This document shows, in pieces, positions 33,185 through 45,880 of a DNA stretch of 59,525 nucleotides. The position numbers and the translations under genes were made by a program. The stretch comes from an uncultured Mycobacteriaceae bacterium (lineage in GTDB: Bacteria; Actinomycetota; Actinomycetes; Mycobacteriales; Mycobacteriaceae). Below the pieces are notes generated by a model, which worked only from the letters and a program-made list of their open reading frames with translations, ran no database searches and was not told the DNA's origin. The stretch covers positions 1 to 59,525 of the forward strand of contig CAIYOH010000205.1 of assembly GCA_903927745.1 (NCBI GenBank). The letters run 5' to 3'. Every line of letters begins with the position of its first letter. Within the stretch, counting starts at the first letter, position 1.

Positions 33185-33877
33185 GTGCGGTTCCGGGCCT
33201 ACCTTTTCGACGTCCAGGGGACCCTCCTGGACTTCTTCAGCCCTGTCAGCACCGCGGTCGGCCACTACTTGAGCGCACGCGGGATCACGGAGGTCGATGC
33301 CGGCGAGTTCACTCGCAACTGGCGGGAGAACTATTTTCAGAGGGTCCGAAGCATCCCGCAACGCGAGGACACGTGGCGGCCGGTGCGGGCCGAGTATCAC
33401 GCCGGATTCAGCGACGTCTGCGCAGGCTACGGGCTGCCCGCGCCGGACCACGCCGCCGCGGAAGCCGTCGCAGTCAGTTGGCAGCGCCTCGAACCGTGGC
33501 CCGACGTCCGGGCCGGAATGGCCCGTGTGCGTGAGCAAGCGATCACGGCCGCGCTGTCAAACACCGATATGAGCACCGCAATCGCGTTGTTCAAAGGGCT
33601 CGGTATCGGCATGGATGCAATCTTCACCGCGGAAATGTTCGGAGCGTTCAAGCCCGATCCGCGCGTGTACCAGCGCGCACTGGCCTACCTGGGAGTGCGC
33701 CCGCAGGAGGCTGCGATGGTTGCCAGCCATCCCTACGACCTCGAGGCGGCCGACTCACTGGGCTTGGGAACGATTTTTGTCAGCCGGCCGCTCGAGTACG
33801 GCGACCCTGCGCTGGCTCACGAGATGGCTGCTGGGAGCGTCACCCAGCATGTCCGAGCCATCGGAGAAATCGACTGA
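33185..33877 (+). CDS. haloacid dehalogenase type II family hydrolase
   Basis: FDVQGTL, PWPD, LSN, KPDPRVY and HPYDL motifs; -10 TAGGTT 6 nt upstream. Confidence 0.85.
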   Translation: MRFRAYLFDVQGTLLDFFSPVSTAVGHYLSARGITEVDAGEFTRNWRENYFQRVRSIPQREDTWRPVRAEYHAGFSDVCAGYGLPAPDHAAAEAVAVSWQRLEPWPDVRAGMARVREQAITAALSNTDMSTAIALFKGLGIGMDAIFTAEMFGAFKPDPRVYQRALAYLGVRPQEAAMVASHPYDLEAADSLGLGTIFVSRPLEYGDPALAHEMAAGSVTQHVRAIGEID

Positions 33878-33925
33878 GCTGGTGACCGCCAACACGCAGG
33901 TGCCCGCGGCGGCGAGACGGCCGGC

Positions 33926-34714
33926 CTACGTGCCGTATCTGCGGTGCCGCCGGCTGTAGTCACGCAACGCACGAAGGAAATCGACGCGCCGGAACTCGGG
34001 CCAGTGCGCTTCGGTGAACCACATCTCGGAGTACGCGCTCTGCCACAACAGGAAGCCGGAGAGGCGTTGCTCCCCCGAGGTGCGGATCACCAGGTCCGGA
34101 TCGGGCTGCCCGTAGGTGTAAAGGTTTTCGGAGATCCCGTCGACGGAGACAGCGTCGATGAGCTCCTCGGCGGTCGCGCCGTTGGCGAGCTCCTTGCCCA
34201 GCAGTGCGCGCACCGCGTCGACGATCTCGCGCCGCCCGCCGTAGCCGACCGCGACGTTGACATGGAACGGTGCGACGCTCGGCGTCGAGTCCACCGCGCC
34301 CCGCAGCCGGCGGGCCGGTTCGTCGCCGAGCAGCGCGAGGTCGCCGACGGTGCGCACACTCCAGCGGTTGGCCGGCGCGCAGATCTCCTCCACAACCTCG
34401 GTGATGATCTCGATCAGCCCGGCCAACTCGCCGGGATTGCGCTGCAGGTTCTCGGTCGACAGCAGGTAGACCGTCGCCATCTCGATGCCGGCGTCCTGGC
34501 ACCAGCGCAGCATCTCGGCGATCTTGGCCGCGCCCATCCGGTAGCCGTAACTGACGTCGTCGTAGCCGGCGTTGCGCGCCCACCGCCTGTTGCCGTCGCA
34601 CAGGACCGCGATGTGGCGCGGCAGGTGCGCTTTCGACGAGGCGAGTTCCTGCTTGAGCCGCAGCTCATAAACCCGGTACAGCGGCTCCTTGAGCCGAGGC
34701 GGAATAATCTCCAC
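33926..34714 (-). CDS. short-chain Z-isoprenyl (Z-farnesyl) diphosphate synthase (Rv1086-like)
   Basis: CDGNRRWA, STENL and IRTSGEQRLSGFLLWQ motifs. Confidence 0.93.
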   Translation of the reverse strand: MEIIPPRLKEPLYRVYELRLKQELASSKAHLPRHIAVLCDGNRRWARNAGYDDVSYGYRMGAAKIAEMLRWCQDAGIEMATVYLLSTENLQRNPGELAGLIEIITEVVEEICAPANRWSVRTVGDLALLGDEPARRLRGAVDSTPSVAPFHVNVAVGYGGRREIVDAVRALLGKELANGATAEELIDAVSVDGISENLYTYGQPDPDLVIRTSGEQRLSGFLLWQSAYSEMWFTEAHWPEFRRVDFLRALRDYSRRHRRYGT

Positions 34715-34840
34715 AATCAGTCACCCTACTGCGCGCGGCGAGGTGCTCCAGCCGCGATGATGAGCCGGTAATGTCATGAAAAAGCTCTGCCAACCCCTAG
34801 TTCTGCCATACCCGACCTGCACGACGAGGCGACCAACGAC

Positions 34841-35533
34841 ATGATCAGCCAGATCGGCGCGGCCACCGACGGCGCTGCCCATGTTCCGGCCAAACCGCGG
34901 CTGCGCGGCTGGATCCACGTCTACTCCGCGTGGCTGGCCGTCATCACCGGCACGGTCCTGGTGTCGGTGTCGTGGGCGGCCGCGTCGCCCCGAGCCGGGC
35001 ACTCGACCCTGGTCTACGCCGCGTCCACGGTGGCGATGTTTGCCGTCAGTGCCACCTATCACCGGGTTCACTGGGAGTCGGAGGCCGCCCGCAAGGGCAT
35101 GAAACGCCTCGACCATTCGATGATCTTCGTGTTCATCGCCGGCAGCTACACGCCGTTCGCGTGCCTGGCGATGCCGCACGAGACCGGGGCGCTGGTGCTG
35201 TGGATCGTGTGGGGAGGTGCGCTGGCGGGTATTGCGCTCAAGGTGTGCTGGCCGTCGGCGCCGCGATGGCTGGGCGTGCCGCTCTATCTGCTGCTGGGCT
35301 GGGTGGCACTCTGGTTCGCCCCCACGATCCTGCATTCGGCGGGCGTGGCGGCGATGGTTCTGCTGGCCGTCGGCGGCGTGTTCTACAGCATCGGCGGCGT
35401 GTTCTACGCGCTGCGCTGGCCCGACCCCTGGCCTACCACGTTCGGCTACCACGAGGTCTTCCACGCCTGCACTGCGGTGGCCGCGATTCTGCACTACATC
35501 GCCATGTGGTTCGCGGTCTTCTACGTCGGCTGA
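34841..35533 (+). CDS. hemolysin III / PAQR family membrane protein (Rv1085c-like)
   Basis: [22 protein letters not shown] and HEVFH motifs. Confidence 0.9.
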   Translation: MISQIGAATDGAAHVPAKPRLRGWIHVYSAWLAVITGTVLVSVSWAAASPRAGHSTLVYAASTVAMFAVSATYHRVHWESEAARKGMKRLDHSMIFVFIAGSYTPFACLAMPHETGALVLWIVWGGALAGIALKVCWPSAPRWLGVPLYLLLGWVALWFAPTILHSAGVAAMVLLAVGGVFYSIGGVFYALRWPDPWPTTFGYHEVFHACTAVAAILHYIAMWFAVFYVG

Positions 35534-35534
35534 C

Positions 35535-35915
35535 CTAGAGCCGGGTGACGTCGGCCGGCGACCAGTAGGCCTTCATCGCGGTGATCTTGCCGCGCTCGTC
35601 GAAGGCCATGACGTCGATCGGCTCGATCACCATCCGGTGTTCGCCCGCGGCGATGGTCAGCCGGAACTGGAAGGCCGCCTCGTCGCCGCACACCCGCAGC
35701 GTCACCAGTTCGCACTCGCGCTGCGTGGTCTCCACCGCCGAGTAGAACCCGTGGATCGCCTGACGACCGATGTGCACCTCGCCGCCGACCGGGTCCTCCA
35801 CGGTGGCGTCGTCGGCATAGAGCGCCGCGATGTCGTCGGCGCCGCCACCGCCGACCAGCTCGATGTACCGCGTGACGATGTCCGTGATCGCCTGCGTTCT
35901 GTCCGCTGCTGCCAT
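35535..35915 (-). CDS. NTF2-fold ketosteroid isomerase-like protein
   Basis: N-terminal helix Tyr, VEDPVG, PID and M.AYW match KSI catalytic motifs. Confidence 0.8.
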   Translation of the reverse strand: MAAADRTQAITDIVTRYIELVGGGGADDIAALYADDATVEDPVGGEVHIGRQAIHGFYSAVETTQRECELVTLRVCGDEAAFQFRLTIAAGEHRMVIEPIDVMAFDERGKITAMKAYWSPADVTRL

Positions 35916-35938
35916 GGGGGGTAAGAGTAGTCCCGGGC

Positions 35939-37920
<1,982 letters not shown>

Positions 37921-37924
<4 letters not shown>

Positions 37925-38205
37925 CCCGGCGTGCCCGGGGGCCCGCTCCCCGCGTCGGTGCCTTCGTCGGCCGCCTGGTCTGGTTCGGGGTGCCCGGGGT
38001 CGAACGACTCGGGCACCTTCTTGAGCTGACGATTCATCGATCGCAGCAGCAACATCGTGGCGATCAGCAGCAGCACGACGACCACCAGCCCGACGGGGCT
38101 GGCCTTGCCGAAATCGGGTCCCGTGTTGCGTGGCGCACTGTCAGCCTGCCAACCCGCCCAGACGGTGACGATCCCGGCGACGATCCCGGAGGGGAGAAGA
38201 CTCAC
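37921..38205 (-). CDS. small membrane protein (Rv1083-like)
   Basis: [20 protein letters not shown]; overlaps both the mca stop and the next start. Confidence 0.75.
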
Positions 38206-39074
38206 CCGCCGCACTCTATTCCGGCGAACAAGTCGTCCTCGGGTAGTCGGACCGGAACCCGGGAGCGGGCAAGCTCGAACTCCTCGGTCGGCCACAACCG
38301 CTGCTGCGACGAGATCGGGACGGCGAAGAAGTCGTGATTCGGGTCGATCTGGGTGGCGTGCGCGCGCAACGCATCGTCGCGCTGACTGAAGTACCTCGCA
38401 CACTCCACCCGCGTGGTCACCCGGGACTCGAACGGGTCGTGCTCGGGATCCCAGTTCTCGAGCCACTTCTTGAACGGTGGGTCCTCACCCCGCTTGACGG
38501 CCTCGTCGTGCATCAACTGCATCCGCGCCCGCAGGAAGCCGTGGTTGTAGTACAGCTTGGAGACCGTCCACGGCGCGCCCGCATCCGGAAAGCGCCGATA
38601 GTCCCCCGCGGCCTCGAACGCGCCGATCGACACCTGGTGACACCGAATGTGGTCCGGATGGGGATAGCCGCCGTTCTCGTCGTAGGTGGTGATCACCTGC
38701 GGACGAAACTCGCGCACCACCCGCACCAGGGCCTCGACTGACTCCTCCAGCGGCGCCAGCGCGAAGCAGTCCTCCGGCAACGGGGGCGGCGGGTCTCCCT
38801 GGGGTAATCCGGAGTCCATGAACCCGAGCCAGGCATGCTCCACGCCGAGGATCTCCGCGGCCTTGACCATCTCCTGACGGCGGACCTCGGTGAGACGCTC
38901 CCGCACATCGGGGGTGTCCATCGCGGGGTTGAGGACGTCGCCGCGCTCTCCGCCGGTCAACGTCACCACCATCACGCGGTGCCCGTGGGCCGCGTAGCGG
39001 GCCAAGGTGGCCGCACCCTTGCTGGACTCGTCGTCGGGGTGGGCGTGCACGGCCATCAACCGCAGTTCGCTCAC
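38202..39074 (-). CDS. mca: mycothiol conjugate amidase
   Basis: [17 protein letters not shown] and AHATQ motifs. Confidence 0.95.
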   Translation of the reverse strand: MSELRLMAVHAHPDDESSKGAATLARYAAHGHRVMVVTLTGGERGDVLNPAMDTPDVRERLTEVRRQEMVKAAEILGVEHAWLGFMDSGLPQGDPPPPLPEDCFALAPLEESVEALVRVVREFRPQVITTYDENGGYPHPDHIRCHQVSIGAFEAAGDYRRFPDAGAPWTVSKLYYNHGFLRARMQLMHDEAVKRGEDPPFKKWLENWDPEHDPFESRVTTRVECARYFSQRDDALRAHATQIDPNHDFFAVPISSQQRLWPTEEFELARSRVPVRLPEDDLFAGIECGG

Positions 39075-39088
39075 GGGGCCCCTGTCGT

Positions 39089-39148
39089 TCTGATGGTCGC
39101 GTCGGTCTGGTGGTCGCGTGGGTCTGGTGGTCGCGTCGGTCTGGTGGT
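39089..39148. repeat. 17-bp tandem repeat (3.5 copies) in the mca leader
   Basis: TCTG(A/G)TGGTCGCGT(C/G)GG units. Confidence 0.9.
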
Positions 39149-39162
39149 AGACCTTCTGACCC

Positions 39163-39168
39163 TATAAT
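39163..39168 (+). promoter_or_regulatory. SigA-type -10 box, overlapping a divergent TAGGGT box for mca
   Basis: Perfect TATAAT in GC-rich intergenic DNA, about 60 nt upstream of the DUF4307 gene. Confidence 0.55.
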
Positions 39169-39229
39169 TCCAGTCCTGACACCACCGAGGCGGAACCAGC
39201 CCCGTTGAACCAGCCCCGTGCAACCACAT

Positions 39230-39664
39230 ATGACCGAAACCCCCATCGAACGTCCCGCAGACCGCTACGGGCGTCCGCGGCTGTCACCGGCGTCGCGGCG
39301 CCGTGTGGCTGTCGGGCTCGCCGCGCTGGCCGTGGCGGGTGGTTTCGCTGTCGCGTTCATCGGCTATCACCGGTTGGGCACCAGCACCGTCTCCGGTTCG
39401 CTGGCCGGCTACCGGGTGATCGACAACGAGACGGCGTCGGTAACGATCAGCGTGACGCGATCCGACCCCTCGCGGCCGGTGGACTGCATCGTGCGGGTCA
39501 AGGCGGCGGACGGCACCGAGACGGGCAGGCGGGAAGTTCTGGTCCCACCCGCACGCGAGGCCACCGTGCAGGTGACGACGACCGTGAAGTCCTTCCAACC
39601 GCCGGCGGTGGCCGACATCTACGGCTGCGGCAGCGACGTCCCCGGCTACCTGCGACCATCCTGA
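39230..39664 (+). CDS. DUF4307 membrane protein (Rv1081c-like)
   Basis: RPADRYG, a TM helix, CIVR..GRRE and YGC; lies between mca and greA. Confidence 0.8.
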   Translation: MTETPIERPADRYGRPRLSPASRRRVAVGLAALAVAGGFAVAFIGYHRLGTSTVSGSLAGYRVIDNETASVTISVTRSDPSRPVDCIVRVKAADGTETGRREVLVPPAREATVQVTTTVKSFQPPAVADIYGCGSDVPGYLRPS

Positions 39665-39838
39665 CCAGATCAGAGGTCGCCAATCGTTTGCCCGGTGGTA
39701 ACATTTGCCTTCGCACGGTTCCGGCTGGGACCGTGTATCTGCGTTAACGGCCCGGGCTCACCCTGATTGATAGCGCACGGGGGGCCCCGCCAGGCCTAGG
39801 CGAAGACGCGGAACCCAAAAAACGAGGAGCACGACGAG

Positions 39839-40333
39839 ATGACGGACACCCAAGTGACCTGGCTGACCCAGGAGTCACACGACCTACTCAAGGCCGAACT
39901 CGACCAGTTGATCGCCAATCGTCCGGTCATCGCCGCGGAAATCAACGACCGCCGCGAGGAAGGCGACCTGCGCGAGAACGGCGGCTACCACGCCGCACGC
40001 GACGAGCAGGGCCAACAGGAGGCGCGCATCCGCCAGCTTCAGGATCTGCTGGGCAGCGCCAAGGTCGGCGAGGCCCCCAAGCAGTCGGGTGTCGCATTGC
40101 CCGGCTCGGTGGTCAAGGTCTTCTACAACGGCGACAAGTCCGACACCGAAACGTTCCTGATCGCCACCCGCCAGGAGTCCGTCAGCGTCGGCAAGCTCGA
40201 GGCGTATTCGCCGAACTCACCGCTGGGCGCCGCCCTGCTCGACGCCAAAGTGGGCGAGACCCGCAAGTACATGGTGCCCAATGGCAACACCGTCGAGGTG
40301 ACCCTGGTCAGCGCGGAGCCCTACCACTCCTGA
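39839..40333 (+). CDS. greA: transcription elongation factor GreA
   Basis: [12 protein letters not shown] and SPNSPLG motifs; RBS GAGGAG. Confidence 0.97.
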   Translation: MTDTQVTWLTQESHDLLKAELDQLIANRPVIAAEINDRREEGDLRENGGYHAARDEQGQQEARIRQLQDLLGSAKVGEAPKQSGVALPGSVVKVFYNGDKSDTETFLIATRQESVSVGKLEAYSPNSPLGAALLDAKVGETRKYMVPNGNTVEVTLVSAEPYHS

Positions 40334-40361
40334 CGCCCCTGGGCCCGAGGCTGATCGAGAG

Positions 40362-41534
40362 TCACGAGAGAGCCTGCTCCAGGTCAGCCAGCAAGTCGGC
40401 GACGTCTTCGATGCCGACGGACAGCCGCACCAGGTCGTCGGGCACTTCCAATTGCGACCCGGCCGTCGACGCGTGCGTCATCGCGCTGGGCAGTTCGATC
40501 AGCGACTCGACCCCACCCAGCGATTCAGCCAGGATGAACACGCGTGTGCCGGCGCACAGGCGCTCGGCCGCGGGGCGGCCGCCCCGCAGGCGCAGCGACA
40601 CCATGCCGCCGAAGCCCCGCATCTGCCGCGCGGCGACCTCATGCCCGGGGTGGCTCGGTAACCCCGGATAGAGCACCGCATTCACCGCGGCATGCTCGGC
40701 GAGGAATTGCGCGACGGCCATGGCGTTTTCGCTGTGCCGTGCCATCCGCAGCACCAAGGTCTTGAGCCCCCGCATGGTCAGGTAGGCGTCGAACGGACCC
40801 GGCACCGCGCCCGCGCCGTTCTGCAGGAAACCGAACGCCTCGTCCAGCTCGTGGTCGTTGGTCACCAGGGCGCCACCGATCACGTCGGAGTGGCCGCCGA
40901 TGTACTTGGTGGTCGAATGCAGCACCACATCGGCGCCCAACGACAACGGCTGCTGCAGCGCGGGCGAGGCGAAGGTGTTGTCCACCAACACCTTCACCGA
41001 CTGCGTCCGGCCGAATCCGGCCGCGAGCTGTGCGAGCCCGGAGATGTCGGCGATGGACAGCAGCGGATTGGTCGGTGTCTCCGCCCAGATCAGCCTGGTG
41101 TGGGGGGTGATCGCGGCACGCACGGCGTCCAGGTTGGACAACGCCACCGGCGTGTACCCGACGTTCCACTGGGTGAAGACCTTGTCGATCAACCGGAACG
41201 TGCCGCCGTAGGCGTCGGTGGGGATCACCATGTGGTCGCCCGGGCGCAGCATCGCGCGCAGCGCGCAGTCGGTGGCGGCCATGCCCGAGCTGAAGGCCCG
41301 CGCGTGGGCGCCCTCCTCGACGGCCGCGAGCGATGCCTCCAGCGCCGCTCGGGTCGGGTTGCCGGTGCGCGCGTACTCGAAGCCGCCCCGCAGGTGCCCG
41401 ACGCCGTCCTGGGCGAACGTGCTGCTGGCGTAGATCGGGGTGTTGACGGCCCCGGTCGCCGGGTCAGGCCGGTAACCGGCATGGATGGCCCGGGTGGCCA
41501 GACCGGTGAACTCACGGTGACGATCGTCGCTCAT
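40362..41534 (-). CDS. metB: cystathionine gamma-synthase/lyase
   Basis: YARTGNPT, ETPTNP, DNTF, STTKYIGGHSD and RLSVGIE motifs. Confidence 0.93.
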   Translation of the reverse strand: MSDDRHREFTGLATRAIHAGYRPDPATGAVNTPIYASSTFAQDGVGHLRGGFEYARTGNPTRAALEASLAAVEEGAHARAFSSGMAATDCALRAMLRPGDHMVIPTDAYGGTFRLIDKVFTQWNVGYTPVALSNLDAVRAAITPHTRLIWAETPTNPLLSIADISGLAQLAAGFGRTQSVKVLVDNTFASPALQQPLSLGADVVLHSTTKYIGGHSDVIGGALVTNDHELDEAFGFLQNGAGAVPGPFDAYLTMRGLKTLVLRMARHSENAMAVAQFLAEHAAVNAVLYPGLPSHPGHEVAARQMRGFGGMVSLRLRGGRPAAERLCAGTRVFILAESLGGVESLIELPSAMTHASTAGSQLEVPDDLVRLSVGIEDVADLLADLEQALS

Positions 41535-41563
41535 CGACGCTCAGCCTACTGACCGGCGCGCGA

Positions 41564-42109
41564 TCAGCCCGCCGGGATCGGCAGCACCACTGTCGTCATG
41601 ATCTTGTCCGCCAGCGTCTGCCGCTTGGCGTCCCACAGCGGGAACAGATAGCCGATATCGAGGATGATCGCGTCGACGACGTGGGCGAGTTGGCGCACGA
41701 CGGACCTGCCGAATCCGATGGGCCGGCCGGTGACCTCGCTGACCACCGCGATCTTCATCACCGACTTGCCCAGGCTCGACCCGGTGGTGCCCTGACGGTA
41801 GCCGTAGTTCCAGACGAGGTAGGCCAGCCCCAGCAGGTTCGCCAACGACACCCAGGCCTGACTGAACTGGCTGTCCTGCACGAATGCCGAGCCGGAGTTC
41901 ACCAGGACGAAGGGTAGGTAGTCGATGACTAACGCGAGCACGCGGATGTGCCACGCCGCATAGGACTGCTTCGGCAGGGCGCGGATCGCGGGCCCCGGCG
42001 GGGGCGGGGCGTAGCCGCCGGAGGGCGGCGGGGGCGGGGGGTAGGACCCTCCGCCCGGCAGCGGCGGCGGGGGCGGGGGGTAGGACGAGGGCGGCGGTTG
42101 ATCGGTCAC
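41564..42109 (-). CDS. RDD family proline-rich antigen (Pra-like)
   Basis: Poly-Pro N-terminus; R..A.VID, GSSLGK and RQTLADK motifs. Confidence 0.85.
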   Translation of the reverse strand: MTDQPPPSSYPPPPPPLPGGGSYPPPPPPSGGYAPPPPGPAIRALPKQSYAAWHIRVLALVIDYLPFVLVNSGSAFVQDSQFSQAWVSLANLLGLAYLVWNYGYRQGTTGSSLGKSVMKIAVVSEVTGRPIGFGRSVVRQLAHVVDAIILDIGYLFPLWDAKRQTLADKIMTTVVLPIPAG

Positions 42110-42116
42110 GACGGTG

Positions 42117-43541
42117 TCACGGTACCCGGCGCGGCGTCAGCCCACGGGGGCCTTCGGACAGGAACCCCAGCAGGTCATGCCGGGTGATGACGCCGACCGG
42201 TTTGCCTCCCTCGACAACCATCACCGCGTCCCAGTCACGCAACGCCGTGCCCGCGGCGCTGACCAACTCGCCCGAGCCGATCAGCGGCAGCGGCGGGCTC
42301 ATGTGTTCGGAGACGGCGTCGGCCAGCAGGGCCCGGCCCTCGAAGACGGCCGACAGCAGTTCCCGCTCGGATACGCTGCCGGCGACCTCACCGGCCATCA
42401 CCGGGGGCTCGGCGCCCACCACCGGCATCTGGGACACCCCGTATTCCCGCAGGATGCCGATGGCGTCGCGGACCGTCTCGGCGGGATGGGTGTGCACCAG
42501 ATCGGGCAGCTCACCCGATTTGCGTCGCAGCACATCCCCGACGGTCGCCTGCTCGGTCGACCCGTCAAGGCGGCGGCGCAGGAACCCGTACGACGACATC
42601 CAGCCGTCGTTGAAGATTTTCGACATGTAGCCCCGCCCGCCGTCGGGCAGCAGGACCACGACCAGCGCGTCGGGCCCGGCTTGCTCGGCGACCTTCAGCG
42701 CGGCCACCATCGCCATGCCGCACGACCCGCCGACCAGCAGCGCCTCTTCGCGGGCCAGCCTCCTGGTCATGTCAAATGAGTCGGCGTCGGAGACGGCGAT
42801 GATCTGGTCGGGCACGGACGGGTCGTAGGCGCCGGGCCAGAAGTCCTCGCCGACGCCCTCGACGAGGTAGGGCCGGCCGCTCCCGCCGGAGTAGACCGAA
42901 CCCTCGGGGTCGGCGCCGATGACGCGCACCCGTCCCCCCGGCCTGTCGCCGGACACCTCCCTGAGGTAGCGGCCGGCGCCGGTGATGGTGCCGCCGGTAC
43001 CGATGCCGGCGACGAAGTGGGTGACTTGGCCGTCGGTGTCGGCCCACACCTCCGGACCCGTGGTCGCGTAGTGGCTGGCCGGTCCTTGGGGGTTGGCGTA
43101 CTGGTCGGGCTTCCAGGCGCCCTCGATCTCGGCGACCAGCCGGTCGGACACGCTGTAGTAGCTGTCCGGGTCCTCCGGGGCCACCGCCGTCGGGCAGACG
43201 ACCACCTCGGCGCCGTAGGCGAGCAGCACGTTTCGCTTGTCCTCGCTGACTTTGTCCGGACAGACGAACACGCACTTGTAGCCGCGCCGCTGCGCGACGA
43301 GGGCCAGCCCTACTCCGGTGTTGCCGGAGGTGGGTTCAACGATGGTGCCGCCGGGCTTCAGCTGGCCGCTGGCTTCCGCGGCGTCGATCATCTTCACCGC
43401 GATGCGGTCCTTCGAGCTGCCGCCGGGGTTGAGGTACTCGATCTTGGCCACCACGGTGCCGGCGCCCTCGGGGACGACGGCATTCAGGCGAACCAGCGGC
43501 GTTCCGCCGATGAGGTCACTGATGTGCTGGGCGATCCGCAT
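42117..43541 (-). CDS. cbs: cystathionine beta-synthase
   Basis: NPGGSSKDR, PTSGNTG and GTGGT motifs plus a C-terminal CBS pair. Confidence 0.95.
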   Translation of the reverse strand: MRIAQHISDLIGGTPLVRLNAVVPEGAGTVVAKIEYLNPGGSSKDRIAVKMIDAAEASGQLKPGGTIVEPTSGNTGVGLALVAQRRGYKCVFVCPDKVSEDKRNVLLAYGAEVVVCPTAVAPEDPDSYYSVSDRLVAEIEGAWKPDQYANPQGPASHYATTGPEVWADTDGQVTHFVAGIGTGGTITGAGRYLREVSGDRPGGRVRVIGADPEGSVYSGGSGRPYLVEGVGEDFWPGAYDPSVPDQIIAVSDADSFDMTRRLAREEALLVGGSCGMAMVAALKVAEQAGPDALVVVLLPDGGRGYMSKIFNDGWMSSYGFLRRRLDGSTEQATVGDVLRRKSGELPDLVHTHPAETVRDAIGILREYGVSQMPVVGAEPPVMAGEVAGSVSERELLSAVFEGRALLADAVSEHMSPPLPLIGSGELVSAAGTALRDWDAVMVVEGGKPVGVITRHDLLGFLSEGPRGLTPRRVP

Positions 43542-43590
43542 GCGTTCATCGTCGCAGGCACGCCCGCGCGGCGCGCGGCCGCACCGGGGG

Positions 43591-44640
43591 TCAGCCGGTG
43601 GCTTCGCGGATATAGTCGCCGATCTGGCGCAACGAACGGATCGCCTCCGGCACCAAGGAGGCCGCGAGTTGGAAGTCGTGCACCTGGCCGGGCCACACCC
43701 GGACCTCGGCCGGCACGCCGACGGCCGCCAGCCTGGTCGCCGCCAACCTCGCGTCATGCAGCAGTACTTCGGACCCCGACACATGGATCAGCGTGCGCGG
43801 CAGGCCCGGCCTGATGTGGTCCAGGGGCTCGTAGATCTCTTCCGGCTTGCCGTCGACAGGGTTCTTTCTGGCCGCGCCGGCAACCAACTCGACGAGGGCG
43901 TCGAAGGCCTGCGGGGGGAACAGCGCATCGGTCTTGATGTTCGGGTGGGCCTGCTTGAATTCCTTTGCCAGCTGCAGCAACGGCGAGATGGCGACCAGCG
44001 CCGCCGGCATGTCCCCCTCGCCGAACCCCTCCCTCTGGAGGCGCTGCGCCAGGGCGAGGGCCAGGTAGCCGCCGGCGGAGTCGCCCGCCAGCACGATCTG
44101 CTCGGGGGGAAAACCGTGCAGCCGCAGCCACCGGTAGCCGTCGTGGCAGTCGTCGAGGGCCATGCCGACCGAGTGCTTGGGGAGCAGCCGGTAGTTGACC
44201 ACCAACACGGGCGCGTCGGCGAACCTCGACAGGGCCTCGACCAGCCTGCCGTGCGAGTTCGCCCCGCACGTCAGGAAGGCACCGCCGTGGAAGTAGACGA
44301 TCACCCGGCGGGTGCCGTCGGCGGGCAGCACCCCGGGGGCACGCACCAACTGAGCTGAGGCGTTCGGCAGGGTCACCGTCTCGCGGACGGTCGCTGACAC
44401 GGGAAGCACGACGCGGGCCGCGAAGTCGATGAGACCCCACGGCCAGGGCACGCTGTGCAGGTGGCTGCCGACGGCCAGAACGGGGCGAATCGTCGCCCGC
44501 AAGGCGAGCGAAGCCGCCCGGGCGGCGATGCTGGGTCCCGACTCGAGGACCTCGACCGGCGCGCAATCGCTGATCGCGAATCTGCGCGCGCCGGACCGCG
44601 CCGAGCCGCTGGAGCCGAATGTCTTGCTCGGAACAGTCAT
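43591..44640 (-). CDS. lipU: HSL-family lipase/esterase LipU-like
   Basis: HGGAF, GDSAGG and HDFQ motifs; synteny. Confidence 0.8.
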   Translation of the reverse strand: MTVPSKTFGSSGSARSGARRFAISDCAPVEVLESGPSIAARAASLALRATIRPVLAVGSHLHSVPWPWGLIDFAARVVLPVSATVRETVTLPNASAQLVRAPGVLPADGTRRVIVYFHGGAFLTCGANSHGRLVEALSRFADAPVLVVNYRLLPKHSVGMALDDCHDGYRWLRLHGFPPEQIVLAGDSAGGYLALALAQRLQREGFGEGDMPAALVAISPLLQLAKEFKQAHPNIKTDALFPPQAFDALVELVAGAARKNPVDGKPEEIYEPLDHIRPGLPRTLIHVSGSEVLLHDARLAATRLAAVGVPAEVRVWPGQVHDFQLAASLVPEAIRSLRQIGDYIREATG

Positions 44641-44843
44641 GCTCAACACTTCCTACGCCTGTGCGGAACAGCATGCGGTGGGACAGCCGCTCCAACCCGA
44701 TGGACCCCAATGAACGTAGCGTGACAGGCGGGCGTCGGGGCCGCGATCGACGGATCCGATCCGTTGCCACATCTGATTCATTCCGTTACCGCATTGTGCG
44801 CAACGAGGCCGCACGGACACCGCGGGCGATTTACACTGATCGC

Positions 44844-45839
44844 GTGACCAACTCGGTGCCGCGTCGGTCGACGATCGCCCTGGCCACCGCCGGTGCGCTC
44901 GCCTCGACGGGTACGGCCGTCCTGGGCGCACGCAACCTGCTGGCAGGTCAGGCGATTCGCGCTCGGACCGTCATTCCGAAGTCCTGGGATGTCCCGCCGC
45001 GCGCCGACGGCGTGTACACCCGCGGCGGTGGCCCGCCGGGACGGTGGCAGCGCGACACACCCGTGGACGTGCACATCATGATCTTCGGCGACTCGACGGC
45101 CACCGGGTACGGATGCGAGGACGCCGAGGAAGTGCCCGGCGTGCGGGTCGCCCGCGGGCTCGCCGAGCGGACCGGCAAGCGAATTCGGTTGAGTACCAAG
45201 GCTATCGTCGGCGCCACCTCGAAAGGCCTGTGCGGCCAGGTGGACGCGATGTTCGTGGCCGGCGCCCCGCCGGATATCGCGGTGATGATGCTGGGAGCCA
45301 ACGATGTCACGGCCCTCAATGGCATCAACCAATCGGCGCAACGACTGGGCCTGGCCGTCCGCAGGCTGCGCGATCGCGGCGCTGCCGTCATCGTCGGGAC
45401 GTGCCCCGACCTCGGATTCATCAGCGCCATTCCGCAGCCGTTGCGGTCCGTGGCGCGTGAGCGCTGCGCTCAATTGGCCCGCGCGCAGGCCGCATCGGTG
45501 CGGGCGGCCGGGGGCGTGCCGGTGCCACTGGCGCGGCTGATGGAAGGGCAATTCCGGACGTTGGGTCACGCCATGTTCTCCGCCGACGGCTTTCACCCCT
45601 CCGCGGCCGCCTACGCGCATGCCGCCGACGCGCTGCTGGCCGCAGTCTGCGATTCGCTGGGTCTGGAGGGCCAAGAGGACCCGCGGGGCCCGCAGGACGG
45701 AAGTCCCGTTGCCGCGCTGGCCCCGCAGGACGCGGCCCCGGCGCCGGGCCCGCGCCGGACCAGGCTGGGCGCGATCTCGCGGGTGTGGCGGCCCGGGGTG
45801 CGTGCCCCGTCGTGGTCCCGACCGGTGGCAGACGACTAG
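44844..45839 (+). CDS. SGNH/GDSL hydrolase (Rv1075c-like)
   Basis: GDST, GAND and DGFHP blocks; -10 TACACT 6 nt before the GTG. Confidence 0.88.
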   Translation: MTNSVPRRSTIALATAGALASTGTAVLGARNLLAGQAIRARTVIPKSWDVPPRADGVYTRGGGPPGRWQRDTPVDVHIMIFGDSTATGYGCEDAEEVPGVRVARGLAERTGKRIRLSTKAIVGATSKGLCGQVDAMFVAGAPPDIAVMMLGANDVTALNGINQSAQRLGLAVRRLRDRGAAVIVGTCPDLGFISAIPQPLRSVARERCAQLARAQAASVRAAGGVPVPLARLMEGQFRTLGHAMFSADGFHPSAAAYAHAADALLAAVCDSLGLEGQEDPRGPQDGSPVAALAPQDAAPAPGPRRTRLGAISRVWRPGVRAPSWSRPVADD

Positions 45840-45880
45840 TTTTGAGCTGACCCATTTGTTCTTGGTTGGAGGGAACACCC

